Shown: one piece after another, positions 1 through 9,340 of the stretch
Layout of the letters: the number at the start of each line of letters is the position of its first letter
How positions within the stretch are numbered: the stretch's first letter is position 1
Origin: an uncultured Anaerolinea sp.
GTDB taxonomy: Bacteria > Chloroflexota > Anaerolineae > Anaerolineales > Villigracilaceae
Reading direction: 5' to 3'
DNA length: 64,000 nucleotides
Assembly: GCA_964489725.1 (NCBI GenBank)
Contig: CAZBAX010000005.1
Span: forward strand, 31,935 to 95,934
Notes under the pieces: model-generated
What the model was told of the DNA's origin: nothing
Seen by the model: only the letters and a program-made list of their open reading frames with translations
The model's database searches: none
Position numbers and translations under genes: made by a program

Positions 1-285
1 GAGTTGATGGTCACCTCCTCCGACTTACCTCAAGGCTACGCGCCAGCAGACGCGGGAGCCTGGATTACTTCCCTGACGGGCAGAGCTACCGTGCCTATGT
101 TGTATTCCACCAATCTCAGCAAGGACAAGAAGTACGAGTCTCTGTGCAGGATGGAGATCGACTATATCTACATCGGAGGGGTTGGGCTGAGCTTTCACGC
201 GCCGCGATTAAGGGAGCATCCCGAATGGTACCAACCTGTGTTTTCCCGCTCGAGGGTGGAACTTTATCAAGTGATCGGGTGCTGA
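1..285 (+). CDS. C-terminal fragment of a hypothetical protein (ORF open to the left window edge)
   Basis: Frame is open from base 1 and stops at 283-285. No motif recognised, so the product is unknown. Confidence 0.35.
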   Translation, partial: ELMVTSSDLPQGYAPADAGAWITSLTGRATVPMLYSTNLSKDKKYESLCRMEIDYIYIGGVGLSFHAPRLREHPEWYQPVFSRSRVELYQVIGC

Positions 286-611
286 CGATATGGCGCGAAG
301 CGGCGTCAGGCAAAGACGGTGCGCAATCCTCCAGGAGAAGGCGCGCTTCGTCTACGTGGCACTCACGGCGCCACTCCGCTCAGTACGACAACTGTAACCT
401 TAAGCCCATTGCCTTTCAGGTGGGAAATACCTATAATGATTTCAATAACTGTGGAACTCCAAATTAGGAATCCCCGTTGTATGGATAGGTAACAAAAGAA
501 ACAGGGTTTCCATCACAACATCGAGCTGGTTGTCGGCACGATCGAAGGAGGCGTCTATTTGATCCAATGCAACTCATTATTCTGCATTCAACTTATAAAT
601 AGGAGGATTCA

Positions 612-1148
612 ATGAATCGTATAGCAAACTTCAATCGGTTGGTTCCTGCAAAGATTTTATTCGTGATGGTCGTTTTGGCGTTGCTGGCCTCACTGGGCGT
701 GGCGCAAGTACTGGCAAAAGCCAACACAGTCACCAGCACCCATCAGTTCCCTCTTAACACGTATGTATTTGTTCCCTGTGCAAACAGCGGCGCAGGAGAA
801 AATGTCTGGCTTTCTGGACCCCTGACCATTGTGTTCGTCACGACCTTGGATAAGCAGGGACATTATGAGACGCAGTATGAGCTGCAGACCAAGGGGATCG
901 TTGGTACGGGTTCTTCGACGGGGGCCGCGTATCGGGCCAGTGGAGGAACTGAAGGGACGTTCAGTGGTAAGGTCGGCTTCACAAGAAGCTTTGAAAGCTC
1001 GTTCCTGGTGACCGGCCAGCCGCCCGCGGCGCCATTCGAGTTTCATCTGGATGTTCATGCCACGGTCAACTCCCGCGGTGGGGTCGCTGCCACTGTGGAT
1101 AACTTTAGCGTGACCTGCAAGTCGCACGGTTATCCAAGCTACCCTTAA
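612..1148 (+). CDS. Secreted hypothetical protein (signal peptide, beta-rich)
   Basis: ATG follows AGGAGG at 601-606. The N-terminus carries a hydrophobic signal (LFVMVVLALLASLGVAQVLA). A terminator hairpin lies downstream. Confidence 0.7.
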   Translation: MNRIANFNRLVPAKILFVMVVLALLASLGVAQVLAKANTVTSTHQFPLNTYVFVPCANSGAGENVWLSGPLTIVFVTTLDKQGHYETQYELQTKGIVGTGSSTGAAYRASGGTEGTFSGKVGFTRSFESSFLVTGQPPAAPFEFHLDVHATVNSRGGVAATVDNFSVTCKSHGYPSYP

Positions 1149-1184
1149 GACGGGCTTTGCCTACCAATCGATCTTACAACGTTT

Positions 1185-1212
1185 CCAGCGCCGGGCACGG
1201 CGCTGGTTTATT
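1185..1212 (+). terminator. Rho-independent terminator after the 612-1148 gene
   Basis: Stem ccagcgcc (1185-1192) pairs with ggcgctgg (1199-1206), followed by tttatt. Confidence 0.6.
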
Positions 1213-1356
1213 GTCTGCATTGTGCCGCAGGGAAATCGTTTTGGCCATGTTGACGCTGGTCATCCCTTATAATGTGTTTGTGTGAATAGTATGAGCCTCG
1301 TTTCGCATCTATGGATAGGCGAAATGACTCGCACAGACCATCAACCTATTATGTTG

Positions 1357-1461
1357 CTACCGTACATCTTCACCGCGAAGCCCGCAAAGTGCGCTAAGAA
1401 AACCTTTAAATCTTTGCGTTCTTCGCGCTCTTAGCGGTAAAAATGGCGTGATGTACGGTAG
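1357..1461. repeat. Family-B intergenic palindromic element (ACCGCGAAG / CTTCGCG type)
   Basis: 12-bp terminal inverted repeat ctaccgtacatc (1357-1368) / gatgtacggtag (1450-1461) encloses caccgcgaag...cttcgcg motifs. Related copies are at 2702, 28172 and 54259. Confidence 0.6.
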
Positions 1462-1629
1462 AGAATCTATTATTCAGGCTAACCATAATTGCCTTACAAC
1501 GTAGTGGCGACTTTGCGAAGTGTCGCTCCCGCAAGGCGCTTACTGCTCGAAAACCGACGACTGACGCGAAGCGGTTACTACCGTAATCCATTGATGTCAA
1601 TGTGAATACTATCTTATTCGAGATAAATC

Positions 1630-1938
1630 ATGAATAGCTGGTATGCGCTCAGTCTGGGTGATGGAGTCATGTCTGGCGGCCTATCCCCTGAGATCGAAGA
1701 ACGGTTCCTGTCATTTTTTGCGGCAGCCGGGAAGCCGCCTGAGATGGCTGTGTATACGCGACCTGAATCGGAAAATCGCTTGTACTGCGAGGTTATTGCA
1801 TATTTCTCGCCGGCTGCCGTCGATGTGGCAAAGGCCTGCGGTGGGCATCCATGTGCCAAACCGGATCGTTCAGGGCTGCGCCTGCTGGCAGGTGATGAAC
1901 AGTCGTGGTCGATCCTTTTTCCGGAAAGCGTTTCGTAA
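1630..1938 (+). CDS. Small conserved-looking hypothetical protein (102 aa)
   Basis: ATG-initiated ORF with a protein-like composition. The competing antisense ORF 1614-2213 is Ser/Arg-rich and looks spurious. Confidence 0.5.
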   Translation: MNSWYALSLGDGVMSGGLSPEIEERFLSFFAAAGKPPEMAVYTRPESENRLYCEVIAYFSPAAVDVAKACGGHPCAKPDRSGLRLLAGDEQSWSILFPESVS

Positions 1939-2034
1939 ATCGTTGAGAGCCTGAACGATAATCTCCGGCTCAACGCGTTGTTCCCCGGTGTGAATAAAGT
2001 ATCCGAAGATAAAGGTGTGTACAGAGCCTCCGCA

Positions 2035-2592
2035 ATGGAAAAACTGATCCAACGCTTCTGGACGATCGATGACCATCCACCTGCTGACCCGGGCTGTTTT
2101 GTGATCCCATCGTATGCATTAAAGAATGCGTCGCAGCCCACACGACCAACCCGGGCGCAGATCGAGCTCGCTGTTGCATGGTGGACGAAATTTCCAGATG
2201 CGAAACTGATCATGTCGACGGGCGATAATCAGGCGCTCGGTATCACAAATGCCAAAGTCATGGCAGACTATGCTGTTTCGTTGGGAGTGCCGCGCGCCAA
2301 CGTGATCGAAGAGGACCGCTCATGGAATACCTACACCAATCTCCTGTATTCCATGGAGATCATCCAGGCGCGCAGTCTCGGTCCACCTGCGCTGGTCACT
2401 CTTGATTTGTATACACGGCGGGCTGTGGCAACCGCTCGAAAACTGGGTTGGCGAGATTTCTTCTGGCTGTCAGTGTTTTCAAAAGGCGAGCCAGCCTACG
2501 GATATAAATGGCTGCAGACCTACTCGCGCGGCACCTTATTTTGTTACGAGTTCGGCGCCTTGATCTTCAGCAAGATGGTGGGTTGGGTATAA
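2035..2592 (+). CDS. DUF218 (YdcF/ElyC/SanA-like) domain protein
   Basis: The GDNQALGITNAKVMADYAVSLGVPRANVIEEDRSWNTYTN segment is typical of DUF218. Start placed at the first ATG (MEKLIQ); the ORF is open from 1978. Confidence 0.7.
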   Translation: MEKLIQRFWTIDDHPPADPGCFVIPSYALKNASQPTRPTRAQIELAVAWWTKFPDAKLIMSTGDNQALGITNAKVMADYAVSLGVPRANVIEEDRSWNTYTNLLYSMEIIQARSLGPPALVTLDLYTRRAVATARKLGWRDFFWLSVFSKGEPAYGYKWLQTYSRGTLFCYEFGALIFSKMVGWV

Positions 2593-2701
2593 CTGCTCCA
2601 TGACAGTGGCTGCAAGTTAACCGGTTGACCGAACAATACTGTTGGAACCACGGCCACGGGGTTTCGTATTCACTGATGGTACGCAGTGCATTACTATTTT
2701 T

Positions 2702-2811
2702 ACCGCGAAGACGCGAAACCACGCCAGAGGCGTGGTGCAGGTGAGACTGCGAAGCCTTTTCTTCCTTTGCGAAGAAAAAAATTCTCTCCCTGTCCCTGGC
2801 GCCTTCGCGGT
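2702..2811. repeat. Family-B intergenic palindromic element
   Basis: accgcgaag (2702-2710) pairs with cttcgcggt (2803-2811). Contains an inner hairpin ccacgcc/ggcgtgg near 2719-2735. Confidence 0.55.
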
Positions 2812-2951
2812 TCGAATTTCTGCTGACTGCGTAAGGTGAGTAATTCATTGAAGATCCCTTTCTATTCAATCGATGCTGACAGTGGTTGCTGCACACACCA
2901 TATCAGACGGAGGGTGGTAATATAGCGACATCCAGGAGTGATGACACGATC

Positions 2952-5234
2952 ATGCCAAATTTCAAACGCGATCGTCCTACGATTGGTATTCTGCCCGGGT
3001 GGTCGGGCCTGGCGGGCGTGCTTCCAGATCGTTATCTGGCATCTGCATTGAAAGGCATTCAGTCTGCCGCGCTTGTCAAGCAGTGTCATCTACTCCTGGC
3101 GTGGGGTCTGGGACGCGTAGCCCAATCTGCCGGCCACACATACCCAGCCTGGCCTGAGGTTGCGTCCGATTCCGATTTCGTGCCCGTAGGTCCATGGAAT
3201 ACAGATGGGCTGATCGTGTTTGCGCCTTTACGTCATGCAGCTCGCTCGCGCTATCTGCAGGAGCTCAGCGAACAGGGATTTCCCGTTCTGTACATTGCCA
3301 CAGGAGAAGAAGGACCTACCATCTCAGTTGACAACAGGGGTGGTATCCACCAGGCGGTCGCACATTTGGTAAGTCATGAGCATCGCCATATTGCTTTTGT
3401 TGCGGGCGACCCAGCTGACAAGGGAGACAGTGCCGCTCGGCTCGAAGCGTTTCATGCTGCACTTGCAGAACATCATCTGGAAACGGACCCTGCATTGATC
3501 GTGTACGGTTGGCATACAGTCGTTGGAGGATACGAAGCCGTAGAAAAGATGCTCAAATCTGGCGCCCGATTCACAGCGCTGCTTTCGAGTGACGATAATT
3601 CTGCTGTGGGCGCGATGCAGGCCTTCCGCGATCATGGTTTGCAAGTTCCTGGTGATGTTGCCGTGATCGGTTTTGACGACCAACCCGATGCGATCGCCCA
3701 AATCCCACCGCTAACGAGTATACATGTTCCGCTCGTGTTGATGGGCGAGCAGGCATTGGCACTCATGTTTGACCACCTGACGGGGGGCCATGCGCTTCAG
3801 TCGGTGCAGATCCCTACCAGGCTCGTCCCACGTCAATCCTGCGGCTGCATACCTACGTTCGTCTCCTCCGCGGCCGGCCCCGGGAACGTCTCCGAGCTGT
3901 CAGCCGGCCAGTCCGACGCGCAGGTCCATGACCTCGCGACGATTCAACAAAGCATCGTGGCTGAAATGCTCGCCATGCTTCCTGCTGCCTCGCTCTTTCC
4001 TTTGGGAGAACGAACCAGGCGCCTGTGCACCCGGCTGGTACAGGCCTTTTGCACGAGTTTGAATGAAAACAATGCTGTTTCATTCCAGACTGTGCTCATG
4101 GGCATACTGCAGGAACTGGAGTTTGCGGCAGAAAACATCGATTCCTGGCAGAGCATCATCTCTGTCTTGCGGGGCGAGATGACGCAGCTGCCCGCCGCGT
4201 GGGCCCTGGCGCCAACGCAGCACCTGGCAGAGGATATGCTTCACCAGGCACGGGCTGCCATCAGTGAAAGTGTGCAGCGGCGGGACCATCGCCATCAGTA
4301 TCAATCGGAAATCATGGCCCAGGCCATCAGCGAGCTTACGGCGCGTCTCAGCGCCAGCCTGAATGAACAACATGCCGTGCAGGTTCTGGAATCGCAATCG
4401 CCTTCCGTGGGCATCCGACATGTGCGCGTGGCTCTCTTTGATAGCTATCCCGGGGACAGCGTTGCTGTGAGTGTCCTGCTCAATTCTGTTTCTGACGAGT
4501 CGATTCAACGCTTTCCCACGCGCCAGTTCCCGCCAGCTGGGCTGTACCCTGAAAATGAACTACTGAATCTTGCGCTTGTGCCGCTGGTGTTTCAGGATGA
4601 AACGTATGGATACATAGCCTTCGATGCGGCCAATCTTGGACCTTGTGAGATCCTGGCCAGGCAGCTGGGAGCTACGTTCAAAGCCGCGCGCCTGCATACC
4701 CAGGTGCTTGAACTGTCCCTGACCGATGCGCTGACCGGTGCTTCGAACCGGCGTTATTTTGACTTGTTTCTCAAGAATGAGGTCGATCGCAGCCGCCGGT
4801 TTGGACGCACACTGGCCATCATGATCCTGGACATCGATCACTTCAAGGCTTACAACGATACGTTCGGCCATCCGCTTGGCGACAAGGCCCTTCAGTTGAT
4901 TGTGCGTTGTCTTCAGCAGGAACGCCGCGTCTCGGATGTGGTCGCCCGTATAGGTGGCGAAGAGTTTGCCGTCATCCTGCCCGAAACCGGCGCTTCGGGA
5001 GCAACCTATGTGGCCGAAAAAATCCGCCGTACCCTGCAGCACGCTGGGCTGTCACTCCCGCGTCCTTTGACTCTCAGCATTGGGATCAGTATGCTGCATG
5101 GAACAGATATCGACGCGGAATTGCTGATCCATCAGGCAGACCTGGCCTTATACGAGGCCAAAGCGAAAGGGCGCGATCAAGTGTGCATCTATCACGATAC
5201 CAACGCACTCCAGGGTCAGCCGCCGTTGAATTAA
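2952..5234 (+). CDS. Diguanylate cyclase (GGDEF) with an N-terminal LacI-type periplasmic-binding-fold sugar sensor and a central GAF-like region
   Basis: The C-terminal GGDEF domain has RIGGEEFAVILPE. The N-terminus (TIGILPGW...VIGFDD) resembles the LacI/PBP1 ligand-binding core but has no HTH. Start at in-frame ATG 2952. Confidence 0.85.
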   Translation: MPNFKRDRPTIGILPGWSGLAGVLPDRYLASALKGIQSAALVKQCHLLLAWGLGRVAQSAGHTYPAWPEVASDSDFVPVGPWNTDGLIVFAPLRHAARSRYLQELSEQGFPVLYIATGEEGPTISVDNRGGIHQAVAHLVSHEHRHIAFVAGDPADKGDSAARLEAFHAALAEHHLETDPALIVYGWHTVVGGYEAVEKMLKSGARFTALLSSDDNSAVGAMQAFRDHGLQVPGDVAVIGFDDQPDAIAQIPPLTSIHVPLVLMGEQALALMFDHLTGGHALQSVQIPTRLVPRQSCGCIPTFVSSAAGPGNVSELSAGQSDAQVHDLATIQQSIVAEMLAMLPAASLFPLGERTRRLCTRLVQAFCTSLNENNAVSFQTVLMGILQELEFAAENIDSWQSIISVLRGEMTQLPAAWALAPTQHLAEDMLHQARAAISESVQRRDHRHQYQSEIMAQAISELTARLSASLNEQHAVQVLESQSPSVGIRHVRVALFDSYPGDSVAVSVLLNSVSDESIQRFPTRQFPPAGLYPENELLNLALVPLVFQDETYGYIAFDAANLGPCEILARQLGATFKAARLHTQVLELSLTDALTGASNRRYFDLFLKNEVDRSRRFGRTLAIMILDIDHFKAYNDTFGHPLGDKALQLIVRCLQQERRVSDVVARIGGEEFAVILPETGASGATYVAEKIRRTLQHAGLSLPRPLTLSIGISMLHGTDIDAELLIHQADLALYEAKAKGRDQVCIYHDTNALQGQPPLN

Positions 5235-5257
5235 AGGTATTCGAGAGGCGAGTTGAA

Positions 5258-6028
5258 ATGAAGATACGATCCTGGAGTCCCTTGGGCGCCCTGGTTTGCC
5301 TCACTTTGACGAACTTCGCGTGCAGTCCAGATTCGTCAACGCAAAGCCCCACGGTACCGATGACCACGCCAGACACGTTCACCATAACGGACACAGCAAT
5401 CTTTGAGTCTGCAACTGATACAGTCACGCCTGTTCCTGCTCCTACCCTGCCAGAGGGGCCGATGACCTTTGATGAACCGTTCATCGATAATCGCAACAAC
5501 TGGTATACGAATCCGACGCTGGTCGAGGTTTTCGCCGGGGTCTACAACCATGTACTGGATTGCCCTGCCGCAGGTTATTCCACACATTGTGGAAACTTTA
5601 TCAAGATCCCCTTTGCATTTCCGCGCAGTTTTCGTATGCAAATGGAGACCACGATTACAAGCGCCTCAACCGACGCGGGTGTGATGGTCGGTTTTCAACT
5701 GAGAAGAAGTGACGATAGCTACTACTACGTGAATTATGTCATTACGAAGGGTTTATATGAAATCAGCCGCGTGACGCAGACCGGGGCATTCACCATCCTC
5801 TCCGAAACACCCACAGACTTCATTGCGCAGGGCGTCGGCGAAACCAATGTCCTCGGTATCGAAATCAAAGGTGCAGACCTAATGCCGTTGTTGAACGGGA
5901 ACCAGATCTCGCCTGTGCAGGATGGCAATATACGCACTGCCGGAGACAGCTATCTGGTGGTGCTGGTGGAACGAGGACACACTGCAGAGGTCCAGTTTGA
6001 TAACCTCGTTGTCGAAATAATTGAATGA
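5258..6028 (+). CDS. Lipoprotein with a ConA-like/DUF1080-like jelly-roll C-terminal domain (hypothetical)
   Basis: Lipobox-like signal MKIRSWSPLGALVCLTLTNFAC. The track ORF upstream of 5258 overlaps the GGDEF gene and is rejected. Confidence 0.7.
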   Translation: MKIRSWSPLGALVCLTLTNFACSPDSSTQSPTVPMTTPDTFTITDTAIFESATDTVTPVPAPTLPEGPMTFDEPFIDNRNNWYTNPTLVEVFAGVYNHVLDCPAAGYSTHCGNFIKIPFAFPRSFRMQMETTITSASTDAGVMVGFQLRRSDDSYYYVNYVITKGLYEISRVTQTGAFTILSETPTDFIAQGVGETNVLGIEIKGADLMPLLNGNQISPVQDGNIRTAGDSYLVVLVERGHTAEVQFDNLVVEIIE

Positions 6029-6064
6029 CCACGATCGCCTTGAACTTAAGGAGCACATTGGACT

Positions 6065-6298
6065 ATGAGCAAACTGGCAAAACTGAGCCTGGTCATCGCT
6101 GGATACGTGCTGGCTTGCCTGGCCGCGGGCGGCGCTGTGTCTGTATATCAACGGTTCACGCAAAGCGCCGCATCGCAGGCATCGGCTGGCATGTCTGCCT
6201 TCGGCGATTTTCTGCTTCTTCTCTTCCTCTTTGGCCTGTTCGCGTTGTTCCCCACCGGAGTAGGACTCTACTTTCTTCTAGGCTTGAGAAAGAAATAG
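6065..6298 (+). CDS. Small two-TM membrane protein (77 aa)
   Basis: AAGGAG lies upstream. Two hydrophobic helices (LSLVIAGYVLACLAAGGAV and FLLLLFLFGLFALFPTGVGLYFLL). Confidence 0.55.
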   Translation: MSKLAKLSLVIAGYVLACLAAGGAVSVYQRFTQSAASQASAGMSAFGDFLLLLFLFGLFALFPTGVGLYFLLGLRKK

Positions 6299-6486
6299 TC
6301 GCAGATCTGACGTGACGTGCACGTCACTGGGGGTTCGTCGTAACATCGTGAAATAGGGGATCGCAATCTTAACGGGTGGTCCCGCCGCAAGCTTGCAATT
6401 CCGAAAACAGCGGGGTATTCCTTCCGCGTTACAATTTGATCTATTACAGCATCGATTCATTACAACCCAAAAGAGAGGATTTCATC

Positions 6487-7698
6487 ATGCGATTCAAACG
6501 ATCGATCATCATGGTATTGCTGTTGGCGATGCTGGCGGCGGGCGCCTCTGTGGCGCAGGCCGCTGGTCTGTGTGTGCATCCCACCGGAGCCAGCAAATGT
6601 TTCTCTTCGATTCAGGAGGCAGTAGACGCTGCCAATGACGGCGACCGGATCACGATTCGCTCCGGGACGTATGTGGAACAGATCACCATTCTCGAAAAGG
6701 ACCTGACGTTGATCGGTCAGTCGGGAGCGGTCATCGAGGCGCCGCATGACATGCAGGATACGATGTCGGCAGTGGCCGGTGTGGAAGGACGCCCGATCAT
6801 TCTCGTTGCCGGAGCCGATGTCACGCTGCGCGGCCTGATCGTCGACGGACGGAACTCTGCCGCAGAAAACCCATTCCTGGATGGCATCACCTTCGTCAGC
6901 GCGGGAGGTCAGATCCGCAACAACGTCATACGCGATATCGGCTTTGGTGAACCGACTCTGCCGGTCATCGACGGGCAGCCTCTTTATCAGGGCAACGGGA
7001 TCGTGGTGGCCAACCAGATGGCGACCGCGCGCACGATCGTGATCGCCGAGAACCGGGTCACGGAGTTCAACAGTGTCGGCATCACTGTCTTCGCAGAAAC
7101 GGACCCTATGAATCCTGCTGAATCAACCTTGACCGCGCACATCACCGATAACGTGATCGTAGCGCAGGGAGCGAATGATGTCATCGATCAATGGGGCATC
7201 TTTCTCGGTGGCTATAATTTTTCAGAACCGCAGTTCAGCGTGACAGGCACGATCGAAGGCAACAACGTCTCTGATACGCTGACGGTTGCGCCCCATCCTC
7301 TGCCGGGCGTCGGGATCGCCACGCTCTTTACCCACGATGTTTCGATCCGGCAGAACTCGGTCGAGAATGCGAATCTTGGCGTAGTCTCCAATCTGTCGTT
7401 CAATGCTGCACTGACGCGCAACCAGATCGTCGGCCCGAAGATGCAGGGATCTGGAACGATGGGGCTCCTCCTCTCGGGAAGCGATATGTGGGTCGCTGAG
7501 AACCGCTTGAAAAGCCTCGATGTGGGACTGTTCCTGATGGTGGATGACCCGGCCTTTGGCAGTGCCCTGAACACATCCCTGGATGATAATGGGTTTGACA
7601 AGGTCGCGGTCGATATCATGACCGGCGCGCTCACACCCGTGGCGGCCGCGTCGATGCGGGAAGCCGCGCCCATCACCCGCAGGTTTGGGCCACGCTAA
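6487..7698 (+). CDS. Secreted right-handed parallel beta-helix (pectin-lyase-fold) repeat protein
   Basis: Signal peptide MRFKRSIIMVLLLAMLAAGASVAQA. Repeated NxVxxN/G-I beta-helix rungs (IRNNVIRD, ITDNVIV, IEGNNVSD, IRQNSVEN). Confidence 0.8.
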   Translation: MRFKRSIIMVLLLAMLAAGASVAQAAGLCVHPTGASKCFSSIQEAVDAANDGDRITIRSGTYVEQITILEKDLTLIGQSGAVIEAPHDMQDTMSAVAGVEGRPIILVAGADVTLRGLIVDGRNSAAENPFLDGITFVSAGGQIRNNVIRDIGFGEPTLPVIDGQPLYQGNGIVVANQMATARTIVIAENRVTEFNSVGITVFAETDPMNPAESTLTAHITDNVIVAQGANDVIDQWGIFLGGYNFSEPQFSVTGTIEGNNVSDTLTVAPHPLPGVGIATLFTHDVSIRQNSVENANLGVVSNLSFNAALTRNQIVGPKMQGSGTMGLLLSGSDMWVAENRLKSLDVGLFLMVDDPAFGSALNTSLDDNGFDKVAVDIMTGALTPVAAASMREAAPITRRFGPR

Positions 7699-7730
7699 CA
7701 CTGCACCGAACGCGTTGTACAGAAGTTGAG

Positions 7731-7764
7731 GCTGCCCCGATGGATTTCCATCGGGGCAGCTTTA
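7731..7764. terminator. Terminator hairpin between convergent genes
   Basis: 14-bp stem gctgccccgatgga / tccatcggggcagc (7731-7760) followed by ttta. Confidence 0.65.
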
Positions 7765-7805
7765 TGATCTGGGTTAGAGAGGGAGTATGGATGGATCCTC
7801 GAAAA

Positions 7806-8687
7806 TCATTTCACGTAGGGGCTGGGTGTGGGCTCCCAGGATTTCAAGATACGAACCCTGTGAGGTTCGACGAACACATGTCCCGCCTTCGAAATGATCG
7901 GAACCGGCACATGCTTGCCATCAAGATAATGCATCGGGTCCACCTTCCACGGCCCGGTGGTCGATAGGGTATCTGTTGACCTGGCCCGGTACGGCGTGGC
8001 GTTGGTGCCAAACGTAAAGAATTGTGGATGATCGATGAACGTCCAATCCTTCCAGGTTTCATAATCGGAGGTTCGCAGGGTTTTGACTTTATGCCCTTTT
8101 GAATATACGGCATGCGAGTTCAGTTCCACTGTTGTACCGCCGCAGGTATTTTCCCAAAGCACAGGTAGTTCTTCGTCCTTATTCACATTCCGGATGAAGT
8201 CACGGCATGTATCAGTGCCTTTGTTGTTGCAAAAGGCAGTGTGACCCTTGGTGATGCCGCGCCAGGCATTCGTGAGGAAGTCCATTTCTGGGGGAGTTAA
8301 CCGGCTGACGTCTGTATGCCCATAGTAGGATAGGACCAGCTGCTTGAACCAGAACCACTGCAGCTCCTCGGTCAGCTTTACACCAACGCGCGGCTGAAAA
8401 GGGACCATCTCCGGCCAACCCTGTGTATTCTTGAGTCCGTCCTTGTCTTCCAATAAGCCACGCGGCACTGAGTAGCCCCAATCTTTGCGGAAGAACTCAC
8501 TGGTCTGATAGTCATGCAGCATGAACGCAAACACGCCTGCTGGCCGCCCTCGAAACGGCGGCGGCGGCAAGATATGTGCCACACCATCGATGTCAATCTG
8601 AACGCGCATAGACTGAGTATAAAACGATATGCTGAAATTCTGCAAACCAGGATTTAGCCACCGCAGCGCAGTATCAAAACCACTCAA
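7806..8687 (-). CDS. Orphan hypothetical protein (293 aa, Trp-rich, no signal peptide)
   Basis: Long ORF with protein-like composition and no recognisable motif. Start is TTG at 8687; the alternative ATG at 8609 (MRVQIDIDG) is equally plausible. Confidence 0.6.
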   Translation of the reverse strand: MSGFDTALRWLNPGLQNFSISFYTQSMRVQIDIDGVAHILPPPPFRGRPAGVFAFMLHDYQTSEFFRKDWGYSVPRGLLEDKDGLKNTQGWPEMVPFQPRVGVKLTEELQWFWFKQLVLSYYGHTDVSRLTPPEMDFLTNAWRGITKGHTAFCNNKGTDTCRDFIRNVNKDEELPVLWENTCGGTTVELNSHAVYSKGHKVKTLRTSDYETWKDWTFIDHPQFFTFGTNATPYRARSTDTLSTTGPWKVDPMHYLDGKHVPVPIISKAGHVFVEPHRVRILKSWEPTPSPYVK

Positions 8688-8795
8688 TTACAGTCATGTA
8701 TTCGTTCCGTAAACATATTACTTCCATAACGAGATCAGGAATGCACGTTCACTCTGATACAATCAGTGCGCTTATCGGCACAGAAAGGAAAAGCG

Positions 8796-9254
8796 GTGAA
8801 AAGAAGGGCTTATTTGCTGATTGCAGTTTTCCTTGTTGTCAGCATCACTGCATACACACTACCCATCCTCATCAATCGAACACTCTATCCAGGCGGTGCA
8901 GGTCCTGAGCTTGTGATGCCCGATACCATGGGACTGACATTTACAAGCAGCCCGGAACCGACATCAACCCTGACTTACACTGCGACGCATACGTTCACCC
9001 CAACCGCAACATGGACATTCACATCTTCGCCGACATCTACTTTCACGCCGACGTCGACACGTACTCCCACCGCGACAGCCACGGCCACGTCCTCGCGGAC
9101 TCCAATCCCGCCAACCAATACGCGCAGACCCGGGCAACAGAATCCTCAGGTACCCACGAATCCGCCTCCGGCAAATCCGGCTCCTACAAATCCGCCTCCC
9201 ACAAGTCCACCGCCAGTGATTCTGCCTTTGCCAACACTTCCGCCGATCCTGTAA
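8796..9254 (+). CDS. N-terminally membrane-anchored Pro/Thr-rich low-complexity protein (paralog 1)
   Basis: GTG start after AAAGGAAAAG. One TM (AYLLIAVFLVVSITAYTLPIL), then almost only P/T/S/A. The N-terminal ~55 aa is homologous to the next gene. Confidence 0.65.
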   Translation: MKRRAYLLIAVFLVVSITAYTLPILINRTLYPGGAGPELVMPDTMGLTFTSSPEPTSTLTYTATHTFTPTATWTFTSSPTSTFTPTSTRTPTATATATSSRTPIPPTNTRRPGQQNPQVPTNPPPANPAPTNPPPTSPPPVILPLPTLPPIL

Positions 9255-9340
9255 TGGTGCTTCATCATCAACCCTGAAGGCGATGAAAATGAAAGTGGTA
9301 TGAACTTCAACGTTTACTGGTATAGAAAGGAAAGTCCGAA

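Noticed and set aside
1614-2213. 199-aa minus-strand ORF overlapping the 1630-1938 and DUF218 genes.
   Set aside because: It has a low-complexity Ser/Arg/Ala composition. The plus-strand alternatives include a recognisable DUF218 domain.
2803-2817. GGTTCGAAT, the canonical tRNA T-loop sequence, suggesting a tRNA gene.
   Set aside because: The flanking bases (cgcgg / ttctg) cannot form a T-stem. No acceptor or anticodon arms can be drawn. The sequence is the right arm of a family-B palindromic repeat.
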